DNA of 64,000 bases from Nostoc sp. (GCA_036918135.1 JBALDB010000067.1:96001-160000), one strand, 5' to 3'. Positions 38,472-49,641 are shown, counted from the stretch's first letter. Made by a program: numbers and translations. The notes: a model not told the origin generated them from the sequence alone.

Positions 38472-39326
38472 ATGACAAATAAAACAGCAATATTGCTAAT
38501 TTCCTGCCCTGACCAACGCGGACTAGTGGCAAAATTTGCCAATTTCATCTATTCTAATGGTGGTAATATTATTCATGCAAATCAGCATACAGATTTTGCG
38601 GCTGGATTATTCCTTACCCGCATTGAATGGCAGTTAGAAGGGTTCAATTTGCCGCGAGAGTTTATTGCACCTGCATTTAATGCGATCGCTCAACCTTTAG
38701 ACGCTAAATGGAAACTCCATTTTTCTGATAGTGTACCCCGTATTGCTATTTGGGTCAGTCGCCAAGACCATTGTTTATTTGACTTGATTTGGCGACAACG
38801 TGCCAAAGAATTTATTGCTGAAATTCCTTTAATTATTAGTAATCATTCTAGTTTAAAAGTCGTAGCAGAGCAATTTGGTATCGACTACAAGTATATTCCT
38901 ATTACAAAAGAAAACAAACTAGAACAAGAAACCCAACAATTAGAATTACTGCGGCAATACAAAATCGATTTAGTTGTACTGGCGAAATATATGCAGATTG
39001 TCAGTGCAGATTTTATTAATCAATTTTCGCAAGTTATTAATATTCATCATTCATTTTTACCAGCTTTTGTCGGAGCAAACCCTTATCACCGAGCTTTTGA
39101 ACGTGGTGTGAAAATTATTGGTGCAACTGCTCATTATGCCACTCCTGATTTAGATGCAGGGCCAATTATCGAACAGGATGTAGTGCGAGTTAGTCACCGT
39201 GATGAAGTTGATGATTTGGTAAGAAAAGGCAAAGATTTAGAGCGAGTTGTATTAGCAAGAGCAGTGCGATCGCACTTACAAAATCGTATCTTAGTCTATG
39301 GAAATAGAACAGTAGTATTTGAATAA
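38472..39326 (+). CDS. purU: Formyltetrahydrofolate deformylase
   Basis: ACT domain SCPDQRGLVA; VLAKYMQI, INIHHSFLPAF, RGVKIIGATAHY, LDAGPIIEQD. Confidence 0.97.
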   Translation: MTNKTAILLISCPDQRGLVAKFANFIYSNGGNIIHANQHTDFAAGLFLTRIEWQLEGFNLPREFIAPAFNAIAQPLDAKWKLHFSDSVPRIAIWVSRQDHCLFDLIWRQRAKEFIAEIPLIISNHSSLKVVAEQFGIDYKYIPITKENKLEQETQQLELLRQYKIDLVVLAKYMQIVSADFINQFSQVINIHHSFLPAFVGANPYHRAFERGVKIIGATAHYATPDLDAGPIIEQDVVRVSHRDEVDDLVRKGKDLERVVLARAVRSHLQNRILVYGNRTVVFE

Positions 39327-39369
39327 TTTTTTCTAAATCCCATACAATACTACCTATTCCAATTTACTA

Positions 39370-39693
39370 TCACTTGAGTGGGTCGTGTCCCCAATTTTTT
39401 AAAGAGTAATACCAGCGTGTATGTTCTAAATCACCTGAGGGCTGCTGTGCGCTATGACAGTGGACATAACTAATAACTTTCTTCATCTGCGAGAGGTCAT
39501 CGTCGCTATAGTCATCTTTCTCTAACAATTCGATAATATGCCGCCCCGATTTATGACCAATCGACTCGTCGTCACCATCCTTTTGCCCAACACTTTGTGA
39601 CTCGTCTGTATCTAGCCAAGCCTCTAGTTCCTTGGGTGTCATATTAACAGCTTGACGAAACTCCTTAATGACTGATTTATTATCTTTACTCAT
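39370..39693 (-). CDS. DUF3140 domain protein
   Basis: VNMTPKELEAWL.T.ES, GHKSGRHI, MKKVISYV, YSLKNWGHDP. Confidence 0.85.
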   Translation of the reverse strand: MSKDNKSVIKEFRQAVNMTPKELEAWLDTDESQSVGQKDGDDESIGHKSGRHIIELLEKDDYSDDDLSQMKKVISYVHCHSAQQPSGDLEHTRWYYSLKNWGHDPLK

Positions 39694-39702
39694 AGCTAAG
39701 CA

Positions 39703-39918
39703 TTACTTCTCTAGCTTTTCAAGAGCATCAGGCTTGTGAGCAGCTTGTTTTCCTGTGCGATCGCTTTCCAGTATGTACTGGGGGTTATCTTCGCTGGCAG
39801 CAACATGGTGTTCTTTAATATCTGTAGGTGAGGTGATTTTCTTTACTACTTCACCAGTTGTCTTGCCTTGTGAAGTTTTCCATTCAACGCGATCGCCCTT
39901 CTTAAATTGCTCAGCCAT
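39703..39918 (-). CDS. DUF2945 (hypervirulence-associated Tudor-like) protein
   Basis: FKKGDRVEW....G...G.V, ASEDNPQY..ESDRTGKQAAHKPDAL. Confidence 0.85.
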   Translation of the reverse strand: MAEQFKKGDRVEWKTSQGKTTGEVVKKITSPTDIKEHHVAASEDNPQYILESDRTGKQAAHKPDALEKLEK

Positions 39919-40057
39919 AATCATTTTTTGATGTTTTATACTTACTCACATCACATTGTGTCTGTGATTTGCAAAGTAGCCATCATTCTAGTGATAGATA
40001 AAACATCTGTCATTAAACTATATTTTTTGATTAGTAAACAGATAAAAAATTATAAAA

Positions 40058-40110
40058 AAATATCTGCAAAAAATTTCAAAGCATTTGGATGAATATTTTT
40101 GCAGATATTT
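40058..40110 (-). terminator. Inverted repeat downstream of the MFS gene
   Basis: 15-bp arms AAATATCTGCAAAAA / TTTTTGCAGATATTT. Confidence 0.5.
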
Positions 40111-40175
40111 AATAAATTGGAATGGTATTTAGTTAAATGCGCTCAATAATTCGTTGTGACATCATTCAATATTCG

Positions 40176-41378
40176 TTAGGATTGCTGATGTTGAACTAAC
40201 CAGCAATGTATACCGATCATCACAATCGCGGGTGGCAGCATCAACATGGGGATGATATCCAACCCTGCCCAGTTCGCCAACCAGCCCACTCCCGTCGGCA
40301 CGATCGCTGCTCCAAAACTGGCGCTACTGGTGGCAAAACCCACTGCCGCGGGCACGAGCGGTTCTGGTACTCGTTGGGGAATCAGCCAAATGGTGGCGGG
40401 GAAGATAGCCGCTAAAGCAAAGCCAATCAATGGTAAGCCGATCCAGGGATTGGGTAAGAGCCACCAGGCAACTAAACCAATCGTCAGTAAACTCAAGGAT
40501 AAGCTGATGGTGCGAACGGCACCCAGCCGTTTTAACCAGTAACTCAGACTGAAGCGTCCAATCGTCAGCCCCATCCAATACGCACTTACGCTATATCCTG
40601 CAATCAATTTAGGTGTTTGTCGCGCAACAGACTGTACTGTATATGCCCAGTTACCAACCGAGACTTCAGTGCCCACATACACCAGCAAGAGCAACCCAGT
40701 TAACAGCACAGTAGGATAATGAAGCGCTCGCTGCAAATTTCCAACCGCAGTTGTATCAGATGTCGTTACCCTTGCCATCATCGGCTGATAGCGATAGAGA
40801 ATGACGCTGATAAGACCTATTACTAATACACTGACTACACTGGCCAACACCAGATACACTTGCCGCCAATTTATACCAATAGCTAACAGCGTCGTTGCCA
40901 CCGTCGGCCCCAAAAGTGCGCCTATGCCATAGAAGGCGTGAAGCGAACCGATTAGGTTTGCACTGCGCGAGTCCTGCACAATGTAGGTGTTGATGCCTGC
41001 ATCAATTAAACCAATCCCCAGCCCTAGTAAGGTTCCTGCAACGACCATGACCGACCAGTAGGGGGATAGGGCATAAATGAGCAGTGCGGTTGTCAGGGCA
41101 CTGCCAGCAATCAAAAGCATTCGTGCCAGCCCTAAACGGCTAGTGACCAGACTACTGCTGAAGGCAGCAACAATGTATCCACTAATTTGACTGACAAACA
41201 GCAACGTGACAGTTGCTGGAGTCAGTTGGTAAGTAGAGAGGATGGACGGTAACAGCACCCCCAGCCCAGCTTCGGCAATGCCAATGGCGATGAAAGCATA
41301 GAAGGCGATCGCTACTCCAATCCAACGGGATGTCAAGTGACGCCGCCGCTGCGATCGTTCGTGTTGATAACGTTTCAT
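40176..41378 (-). CDS. MFS transporter (FucP/TsgA-like)
   Basis: About 12 hydrophobic segments; GLGIGLIDAGIN, LHAFYGIGALLGP, YVGTEVSVGNW. Confidence 0.88.
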   Translation of the reverse strand: MKRYQHERSQRRRHLTSRWIGVAIAFYAFIAIGIAEAGLGVLLPSILSTYQLTPATVTLLFVSQISGYIVAAFSSSLVTSRLGLARMLLIAGSALTTALLIYALSPYWSVMVVAGTLLGLGIGLIDAGINTYIVQDSRSANLIGSLHAFYGIGALLGPTVATTLLAIGINWRQVYLVLASVVSVLVIGLISVILYRYQPMMARVTTSDTTAVGNLQRALHYPTVLLTGLLLLVYVGTEVSVGNWAYTVQSVARQTPKLIAGYSVSAYWMGLTIGRFSLSYWLKRLGAVRTISLSLSLLTIGLVAWWLLPNPWIGLPLIGFALAAIFPATIWLIPQRVPEPLVPAAVGFATSSASFGAAIVPTGVGWLANWAGLDIIPMLMLPPAIVMIGIHCWLVQHQQS

Positions 41379-41381
41379 GGA

Positions 41382-41680
41382 CAGGGCTTAGGCAACTGGT
41401 ACATCTATCTTTCATTATGAAGGTTAACATTCAACAGTCAAAGGTCAAAAATTGGACTTTAGACTTTTGACTTGTTTCAACCTCTGCCAAAAAATATAAC
41501 ACTTGCATAAGTCTTATGATTGCTGGCTCCTACAAGTAGGACAGCGATAGCTTGTAAATTACGCATACATCATTGATTCTTGTGACTAATTTGAGCTAAC
41601 CCAATTAAACATATTTTCGCTAATTAAATACTTGTGTCCTACTGGCTAGCGATCGCACTGTGCCAGTTGCCTAAGTCCCG
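41382..41680. mobile_element. ~300-bp MITE-like element
   Basis: Terminal inverted repeats CAGGGCTTAGGCAACTGGTACA (41382-41403) and the reverse complement of 41659-41680 (CGGGACTTAGGCAACTGGCACA), 19/22 identical. No transposase; no clear target-site duplication. Confidence 0.6.
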
Positions 41681-42116
41681 ATCTAGTCAGCATTGCTGAT
41701 AATAGTAAAAACTCCTGATATTCAATTCCATCTATACTTAGTTTTTCTTGTCTATAAATAGTATGAAAAAACTTTTTTTAACAACATAAAACTATACTAT
41801 TATTTTATATTTTAACAATATAATTTACACTAAAAATTAAGCTAATTGATAACTTTATTTTACTAGGTCTATCGTAAGGTATTTTTTATATGCTGTTTTA
41901 AAATAAAGGTCAATTTTCAATATATACATATAGTTATAATATCTGAAATCAGAAATTATTTTACCATAAAATATTTTAAAAATATCTAAAAAAGCAAATT
42001 TTTAAAGATAAGTAAAAAATTGTATTTACTAGCATTATATTTTGTATTTTTGCTGTTACATTCATTAATTTAGTATTTTGATAATTTATAATAATTTTAA
42101 AATTATTAATTGTATT

Positions 42117-43859
42117 ATGCTATTATATAGAAATAAAAAATATTTAATTTTTTTTGACGGATTTATCATCATAGTAGTGATATTATTTTTACTCACCACC
42201 ACTGTGACAGTTAGTTACTCTCAAGAAAAAAATTCTTCTGTCGAGCAAACTTCCGAAGCTGTGAACAAGATAGATGGTACTCCTGTAATTTTAGGAGACA
42301 AAACACTATTTGTTATTCAAAAAAATGTCGGTTCTTTTTCTCCTCAAGAGCGATCGCAAGCAGTTACAAATAGAATAGAAACAATAGCCAACGATCCATC
42401 TATTCATGTTGATGGTTTAAAATTTTTAGACGAACAAGACACTACAAATATCGTCTTAGGAGAGAAACTAATATTTACTCTTACCGATAACGATGCAAAA
42501 GCCGCAGGTAAAAGTAGACAGCAACTGTCTCAAGAATATATACAAATAATCGGTGATTCTATCAATAAGTATAGAAAAGAACGGAGCTTAAGTAATATTT
42601 TAACAGGTCTACTTTACAGTTTTATTTCTACTATAGGTTTATTTATATTTTGGAAAGTATTTAATCATATTTTTCCAAAAATTATTACTAAATTACAGAA
42701 TTGGCCCGGAATTAGGATTCCTGCTATTAGAATTCAAAATATTGAATTTTTACCTGCATCTAGAGTCAGCAGTATTGTAACTAAGATAGTCAAAATACTC
42801 CGCTTGATTTTCATATTAGGGGTTATATATGTCTATGTTTCTTTGGTATTGAGCTTTTTCCCTTGGACAAGACAGCTTAGTTCCAGACTTGTTAGTTATT
42901 TTCTAGCAACTATCTATCAGAGTTGGTTAGCATTTGCAGCTTATTTCCCTAACTTGTTTGCTTTGGGATTAATTTTCTTTATCACCTACTATGTTTTGAA
43001 AATTATTAGACCAATATTTACAAATATACGTAATGAAACTATATCTGTTCCCGGTTTTTATCCCGACTGGGCAGAACCGACATATAAACTAGTATTCTTT
43101 TTAATCATCGCCTTAGCATGTGTGTTAGCTTTTCCCTATTTACCGGGATTTGGTTCACCAGCTTTTCAGGGAATATCGGTATTTTTAGGTATTCTGTTTT
43201 CGTTAGGTTCTACAGCAGTAGTTGCGAACGTTGTTGCTGGAACTATTCTAATTTATACCCGTGCTTTTCAGATTGGCGATCGCATTAAAATTGGTGATGC
43301 TATGGGCGATATTGTAGAAAAAACTTTGTTAGTAACCCGTGTTCGTACTATCAAGAATGTAATAATTACTATTCCTAACGCAACTGTACTAACTAGCCAA
43401 ATTATCAACTATAGCGCTCTAGCTCAAGACCCTAATTATCATTTAATTTTACATACTACGGTAACGCTCGGTTATGATTTACCTTGGCGTAAAGTGCATC
43501 AAGTTTTGATTGATGCTGCGCTAGCAACGAAAGACATTTTAGCAGAACCTGTTCCTTTTGTGTTGCAAACTAGTTTAGATGATTTCTATGTTAGCTATGA
43601 ATTAAACGCCTATACAAATAAGCCAACGGTGATGGCAAGTATTTATTCACAACTACACCAAAATCTTCAAGATAAATGCAACGAAGCAGGAATTGAAATT
43701 CTCTCTCCCCATTATTCAGCTATTCGGGATGGAAATCAAATTACTATACCAGAAAATTATTTGTCTCAAGATTATCAAGCACCAGGCTTTCGTCTCTCTC
43801 CCCTAGATAAATTATTTCAGCAGTTCAACAGAAATAATACACCAAAGTCGGGTGAATAA
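42117..43859 (+). CDS. MscS-family mechanosensitive channel
   Basis: NVVAGTILIYTRAFQIGDRIKIG, ITIPNA, IINYS, EILSPH; start taken at ATG 42117. Confidence 0.92.
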   Translation: MLLYRNKKYLIFFDGFIIIVVILFLLTTTVTVSYSQEKNSSVEQTSEAVNKIDGTPVILGDKTLFVIQKNVGSFSPQERSQAVTNRIETIANDPSIHVDGLKFLDEQDTTNIVLGEKLIFTLTDNDAKAAGKSRQQLSQEYIQIIGDSINKYRKERSLSNILTGLLYSFISTIGLFIFWKVFNHIFPKIITKLQNWPGIRIPAIRIQNIEFLPASRVSSIVTKIVKILRLIFILGVIYVYVSLVLSFFPWTRQLSSRLVSYFLATIYQSWLAFAAYFPNLFALGLIFFITYYVLKIIRPIFTNIRNETISVPGFYPDWAEPTYKLVFFLIIALACVLAFPYLPGFGSPAFQGISVFLGILFSLGSTAVVANVVAGTILIYTRAFQIGDRIKIGDAMGDIVEKTLLVTRVRTIKNVIITIPNATVLTSQIINYSALAQDPNYHLILHTTVTLGYDLPWRKVHQVLIDAALATKDILAEPVPFVLQTSLDDFYVSYELNAYTNKPTVMASIYSQLHQNLQDKCNEAGIEILSPHYSAIRDGNQITIPENYLSQDYQAPGFRLSPLDKLFQQFNRNNTPKSGE

Positions 43860-43892
43860 TTTCAACAGTACGACACTCAGAAAATTTTACGA

Positions 43893-44638
43893 TTAATTCC
43901 AATTTTTCACACCACTGTTGGAGTTTAAAGCTTTGATAACAGCTTGATACCGTTCTTGTACGTCTTTGCAGTCTAGTTCTTCTGACAAACCGTCTTTGCT
44001 ACCGCGCAAAATCATGTCAGCATGACGCTGTAAAACTGCTTGGTATTCTGGATTGTTAGTGTAAGTTGCAATATTAGCGATCGCTTCTAATAAACGAATG
44101 GTTACTGATGCATCAGATCGTGCATATTGCCGAATTCCATTAAAGGCATTATCAACCAATCCTTCAAATGTCACTGTATAAGCGATCGCACGTAATTTCC
44201 GATCTTCATCGTAACGGTAGGGTGAAGGAAAATCTTTTTGGGCTAAACCTCACCATGAATAGTCCGCAGTATGAGCAAGCAGTAAATAAACGTACCTATA
44301 AATGTTCCTAGGACAATTTGATTAGCAGTATCTTGCATGAAATTACGTAGAAGCCGCGGCCTAAAACTGGAAGCAGCTAGCTGAAGCGCCACGATTGTAA
44401 TTGAAAAAGCTGTAGCAGCAACGCTAATCATCGAGCCTACAACCGCTCCTAAAAGCGATCGCGCTCCGTCTGCTCCACCAGTATAGCTCCACCAATAATT
44501 AACATTTGCCTTACCTGTGCGATCGAGCATTAATATTGTAAATGCCAAGGCAGTAGCAACTATAGCCATAATTGAGGGAATGAACCAGTAACTTGAGTGG
44601 AGCGTATCCCACAGTTTGCCCAACTTTATATTTTTCAT
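43893..44638 (-). pseudogene. DUF2254 membrane protein gene with an internal deletion and frameshift
   Basis: The N-terminal part (SSYWFIP, GADGARSLL, FSITIVALQLA, PRLLRNF, LGTFIGTFIY) stops at 44243. The sequence immediately continues in another frame as LAQKDFPSPYRYDEDRKLRAIAYTVTFEGLVDNAFNGIRQY (family C-terminus); the middle is missing. Confidence 0.82.
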
Positions 44639-45003
44639 GTTTCTTTATTGATTGTTGGAGAATCTACCTTACTATTACCACCATCTTGCTTTTGAGCGAG
44701 TAACCTGAGAGAATCCGTAATCCGGCGCGGCTTTGGTACTTCACGTTGACGGGAGCGATGGCACGCCACAAATGCTGCTGAACTTAGCCATTTGGCATTG
44801 CTCAATCGCTACAGAGCCTCATTGTCTCCTTCTGATGCCTAGCAACTACAATTCTTCACCTCACTCTTGTGCTAGTTTATCCCTACCACTTTGTCAAAAT
44901 TTAGATGCGTTTGTCCTGAAACCGCAGCTGACCACAAGCATTTAAACTTTGGTGACTCAGTACTCAGTGCTTTCAATTTTGTTCTCCTCTAAAAAGCAAA
45001 ACT

Positions 45004-45897
45004 ATGGTCTATGATTGGGTGAGTTTTAGGAAAAATTACGTGAGAAAAAACTGCCCTAAGCCTCAAAAGATAATTGGTATTGTCACAATCATCAGTTCTG
45101 TTGCTAATTTCGCCACAGCTTGTAGCACTGCACCAAATACTTTCTCAAAGATGAATCAGCCCGTACATTTATCGCGAACTCTACAGATTCCAACAAAACA
45201 GCTTCACAAACTAGTTAACTCTCACTTGTTGTCACCAGCCAAAGTAGAAAACCTTACCTTTACCGTACCAACTAAATATCAGGGAAAAATTGTTTATCAC
45301 GCCCAACTTCATAACAATGATAAAGTTATTGCTCTGACTATTGATGATGGCCCTTGGCAAAATACAACCTCACAAATCTTAGATATACTCGATAAAAATC
45401 AAGTTAAGGCAACATTTTTTTTGGTGGGACAAGCCTTACAAGAACATCCCGACCTTGCAAAGCGAGAAGTAGCTGAGGGATATGTTATTGGTAATCATAC
45501 TTGGCATCATTGGTATCGACGAATGGATGAAGCCACAGCCAAGAGTGAAATTGAACGCACAGCTGACCTGATTTATAAAACTACAGGTGTCAAAACTTCT
45601 TTGTTTCGTCCTCCAGGAGGCTTTTTAAACAATGGACTAGCCACCTATGCTAAAAGCCAGAAAGATACTATAGTGATGTGGTCGTTAACTTCGGCTGATA
45701 CTGACCCTCACGCTAAACCTCAAGCATTTGTAAATAATGTGTTGAAAGGTGCTAAACCCGGTTCTATTGTTTTAATGCACGATGGCGGGGGGAATCGGGA
45801 AAGAACTGTACAAGCTTTACCACAAATCATTAGTGGACTTAAACAGCAAGGCTACCGATTTGTAACAGTTCCTCAACTGCTGGAAATGAATCAATAA
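45004..45897 (+). CDS. Polysaccharide deacetylase (NodB/CE4), possible lipoprotein
   Basis: ALTIDDGP, GNHTWHH, FRPPGG, IVLMHDGGG; lipobox-like FATAC. Confidence 0.92.
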   Translation: MVYDWVSFRKNYVRKNCPKPQKIIGIVTIISSVANFATACSTAPNTFSKMNQPVHLSRTLQIPTKQLHKLVNSHLLSPAKVENLTFTVPTKYQGKIVYHAQLHNNDKVIALTIDDGPWQNTTSQILDILDKNQVKATFFLVGQALQEHPDLAKREVAEGYVIGNHTWHHWYRRMDEATAKSEIERTADLIYKTTGVKTSLFRPPGGFLNNGLATYAKSQKDTIVMWSLTSADTDPHAKPQAFVNNVLKGAKPGSIVLMHDGGGNRERTVQALPQIISGLKQQGYRFVTVPQLLEMNQ

Positions 45898-46088
45898 ATT
45901 CTAAGTAAATACACATAGAAAAATTTTAGATAAGTGCTTGGAGAATTGAGAGCGCAACTAGTCATATCATATCCAGTTGAAGACTTAGGACATGATATTA
46001 GAGAGAATTTAAAAAACACTTGATATAGAGCTGTGCGATCGCCTGATAATAATGAAGAAAGATTAAGCAGATCGTCAGAAAACTCTCA

Positions 46089-46772
46089 ATGAGCCAGACT
46101 AGTCTAAATTTAATTGCAATATCTATCTTTGCGATCACCCTATCGGCACTGTTGGGGCCATTCATCAATTTATCGCCGACAGTACCAGCGCTTGTTACCT
46201 TCGCCGTCTTGGGAATAGCGACTTTTGACAATTTTAGCTTGCAGGGCAAGGGCGGTACAATCTTTTTAGATTGGATTGCTGGTTTTTCAAGTGAACATCG
46301 CGATCGCGTTATCCACCATGAAGCAGGACATTTCTTAGTTGCTCATCTGTTGGGTATTCCCGTTATCGGCTACACTCTCAGTGCTTGGGAAGCCTTGAAG
46401 CAGGGGCAAGGAGGGCTAGGGGGTGTTACCTTTGATGATACGGAATTAGCATCTCAATTAGAAGTAGGTAAAATCAGTGCCCAAATGCTAGACCGCTACT
46501 GCACTGTTTGGATGGCGGGTATTGCTGCGGAAACTCTAGTTTTTGATAATACTGAGGGAGGAACTGACGATAAAAATAAGTTGATAAAAGTCTTGAAAAT
46601 TTTAGGTTTTTCTGAGTCAGTTTATCAACAAAAACAGCGGTTTCATACCCTACAAGCAAAAACCCTGCTGCAAGAAAATTGGTCTAGCTATGAGGCTTTA
46701 GTTAACGCCATGCGAGAACGCAATTCGGTAGAAGATTGTCGTGAAAAGTTGGGAGTCGTGAGTCGGGAATGA
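46089..46772 (+). CDS. Membrane-anchored M41-like Zn protease (no AAA domain)
   Basis: HHEAGHFLVAHLLG, MAGIAAE, GGTDD; two N-terminal TM segments. Confidence 0.85.
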   Translation: MSQTSLNLIAISIFAITLSALLGPFINLSPTVPALVTFAVLGIATFDNFSLQGKGGTIFLDWIAGFSSEHRDRVIHHEAGHFLVAHLLGIPVIGYTLSAWEALKQGQGGLGGVTFDDTELASQLEVGKISAQMLDRYCTVWMAGIAAETLVFDNTEGGTDDKNKLIKVLKILGFSESVYQQKQRFHTLQAKTLLQENWSSYEALVNAMRERNSVEDCREKLGVVSRE

Positions 46773-46841
46773 TGGAGGGACAAAAGCAGGATAATAACTC
46801 CTAACTCAACACTCTCTATGCCCTATGCTCATTCCCCACTT

Positions 46842-47867
46842 TTACGAAGATACAGCTTTTAGATGTGGGACATGAGATAAGTACTTTGAGTCAATAACCC
46901 GATTACGCCCAGCAGTTTTAGCCTGTAGTAAGCATTGGTCAGCACGATGGATTAGACTTTCTCCTTGTTCGTCATCGTCAGCTTCTAAACAGGCTGTACC
47001 CAAGCTAATGGTGATATTAATTGTCTGTTTATCACTGAGTGCAAATGGTTCATCACTGACTACGCGATTCAGACGACGGGCTACGATTAGTGCTTCGTCA
47101 CCATTAGTGTTAGCCAGAAGAATCACAAATTCTTCACCACCATAACGAAATGCAGTGTCTTGAGAGCGGAGATTTTGTCGTAGACGCTGAGACAGCATTT
47201 GCAAAAGGCGATCGCCAACTAAATGCCCATAAGTGTCATTAACTTTTTTGAAATGATCTACATCCAAAATAATCAAACTCAGGGAAGTTTTCTGAGTTCT
47301 GGCTTTTTTAATTTGCCTGGGTAAATCCCATTCTAAAGCACGGCGATTATTTAATTGTGTCAATGAATCGGCTAAGGCGATCGCTGATAATAAATCATTT
47401 GTCCGAATCAAATCTCGGTATTTTTGCGCTTTCCGCAAGCCAACGCTTAATTGAGCAAGTATTAGCCCACGATCGGCAGTCAATTCTGCCAAACTATGGT
47501 CTGCTCTTTCATCAATCAAATGCCAAATATAAGCATCAGCTCCTTGGTTTAACGCCGCAGCAGTCATCTCTAATTCCTTCTGCCAACCATACTTTTTTCT
47601 ATCAATCAGTTGTTGGAGACGATCCTCGAAGAGAATACAGTATATCCACGATAGTTTTGTTTGCTCCTTCAACCAATTGCATAATTCCATGCTGCTATCT
47701 AGGCTAGCCTGCACAAGTATGATATCAGGGGGTGTCATTTGAATGTACGATACCGCCTGATTTAGATTCTCTATAACTTCTATATTAAAAGCGATCGTAT
47801 GATGTAACTGATCTGGAAGTGTGTTGCGAAAGTTCTTATTTCCAAAAACCAAAATGGAAATATTCAT
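46842..47867 (-). CDS. Diguanylate cyclase with a degenerate REC-like N-terminus
   Basis: DSLTQLNNRR, DVDHFKKVNDTYGH, I-site RSQD, RYGGEEF. Confidence 0.92.
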   Translation of the reverse strand: MNISILVFGNKNFRNTLPDQLHHTIAFNIEVIENLNQAVSYIQMTPPDIILVQASLDSSMELCNWLKEQTKLSWIYCILFEDRLQQLIDRKKYGWQKELEMTAAALNQGADAYIWHLIDERADHSLAELTADRGLILAQLSVGLRKAQKYRDLIRTNDLLSAIALADSLTQLNNRRALEWDLPRQIKKARTQKTSLSLIILDVDHFKKVNDTYGHLVGDRLLQMLSQRLRQNLRSQDTAFRYGGEEFVILLANTNGDEALIVARRLNRVVSDEPFALSDKQTINITISLGTACLEADDDEQGESLIHRADQCLLQAKTAGRNRVIDSKYLSHVPHLKAVSS

Positions 47868-49104
47868 TGCTTTTTTACAGGATTTAAAATTTAAGGAGAT
47901 TAAACTACTAAAACTATGTTGCTCTTGTTGCTTAATACTAAATTTCTCGAATCAGGTAAAAGTAAAAAGTAAAATGAGTTATAAATAACAATAGTTCCCA
48001 GATTGTAATTCTATTCTGGAAAAGTTTTATTTTTCAGTTCTACTTTTATCTTTTTATTTTTTAATGATGCTTTTGGCTCATCTATGTTTCTTGTTATTTG
48101 AGTTTTTAACGCTAAATTTAAAAAAAACTCTTAATTTTAATCTCCTCTTAATAGTTCCTATTTATTACTCTAGTTTCTGAAAATCATATTTATAATAAAT
48201 AATGTCTTCTTTACACAATATTTTTAAAACAGTATAAATACTGAACATTTCATATCCATCTAAAAAGCATTACTGTAGTTTATGGGATATTATTTATTTG
48301 AATAAATTATCAACGTAGATATTTTTAATAATCATCATATTTGCCAGCAAAATTGCTGATAAATTAAAAAATAAAAATTTTCTAAAGTTTTTTATTCAAC
48401 CGTAAAAACCGAAGTTCCTCAATAAGATAGATACTAATTCGAGTAAATCAAATGTAATACTCCTTTATGTGACTCCTAAAATAAAAGAGACTTTTACTCT
48501 CCGTAAAAGCTTTGAGAAGCGGTTTCGAGGGTTAAGCCTATTTATATTTTTTCCAATTTACCTACAGCATATTTTAGAAATCTAACAGGCTTGACACTAA
48601 GTTTTGAGACTTAAATTGTGTATTTCACTTTTCGGAAAATTCGCTTTATTTAGTATTTCCACTTAAGCCTTTCCCTTTAGAGATTAGGCATTGATTGAGT
48701 ATTCTGAAAAATCAAAAAGGTTAATCAATTATTGCAAAACCACCTCAGATAGAAGAAGTTTTCACAAATAGTAATTCCCCCTACAATTCCAAAAAAACTT
48801 GTAGGGCAATAAATTTATAATTTTAGTCAGCTTTGAGACAAAGTTTTAGAATGTGCTACCAGCACAAAAAATTTTCTATCTACGCCTTTGTGTATGTGTT
48901 GATTTTATTCACATTTTTTAATTTCCGATAAATATATCAATGTACAAAACAAAGCTAAATAAAAAACCAGATTTTAAAATGTCTTCTAATGGGGAGAGAT
49001 TAGTTAAATTCCACTTTCCGAAAGAGTAAAAATTAGAGAAAAAGGTTTTATTAGCGTAGCCTAAATTATCAAGATGTCAACTTTTGTAAAATGTGAGAAT
49101 TGGA

Positions 49105-49305
49105 TTAGTAACCTTCAACAGCGTAACCAGCAGCAACAATTACTTGCTTGATTGACTCTTCAGAAGCTGTGGATTCTACGGTGACAGTTTTAGCGTTAAC
49201 ATCGACATTGACCTTAGCATCAGGTTCCATAACCTGGATTGATTCAGTAATTGTTTCTGCACATCCGTCACAAGCAATATTTGATACTTTCAGTTTTAGT
49301 GCCAT
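49105..49305 (-). CDS. Heavy-metal-associated domain copper chaperone (Atx1/CopZ-like)
   Basis: 66 aa; IACDGC metal-binding motif; C-terminal AAGY. Confidence 0.9.
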   Translation of the reverse strand: MALKLKVSNIACDGCAETITESIQVMEPDAKVNVDVNAKTVTVESTASEESIKQVIVAAGYAVEGY

Positions 49306-49570
49306 TTTTTACCTAGATATGGAGTTTTTAAATTATTTCTTAAGGATTAATTTAAACCAGTGTTTGGCGATCGCACATCCTACCAGAGTAAGGTAATAGC
49401 CTCAAACGATCGCAATCGCTGGATTTAGCTCACCGAGTAGCACAGTTGGCTGGCAGTAACATCAAACAAAATGCAAAATATATATATAAAGCTACTAATA
49501 GAAATACACCCACTGCCAAAGCAAAAGTCAAAAGTCAGCTCGTAGTTGACTGTTGAGTGTTAACTGTTCA

Positions 49571-49626
49571 CCGTCATCAGTCAACCGTCATCAGTCAACC
49601 GTCATCAGTCAACCATCATCAGTCAA
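49571..49626. repeat. 14-bp tandem repeat x4 just upstream of alaS
   Basis: CCGTCATCAGTCAA x3 plus CCATCATCAGTCAA; preceded by partly complementary TTGACTGTTGA-type units (49546-49568). Confidence 0.85.
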
Positions 49627-49641
49627 AAGTTAAAAACTCCC

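Noticed and set aside
44733..44945. 70-aa plus-strand ORF
   Set aside because: No recognisable motif; overlaps the minus-strand relic frame.
49400..49641. T-box-like leader for alaS
   Set aside because: No T-box consensus seen; the region is explained by 7/14-bp tandem repeats.
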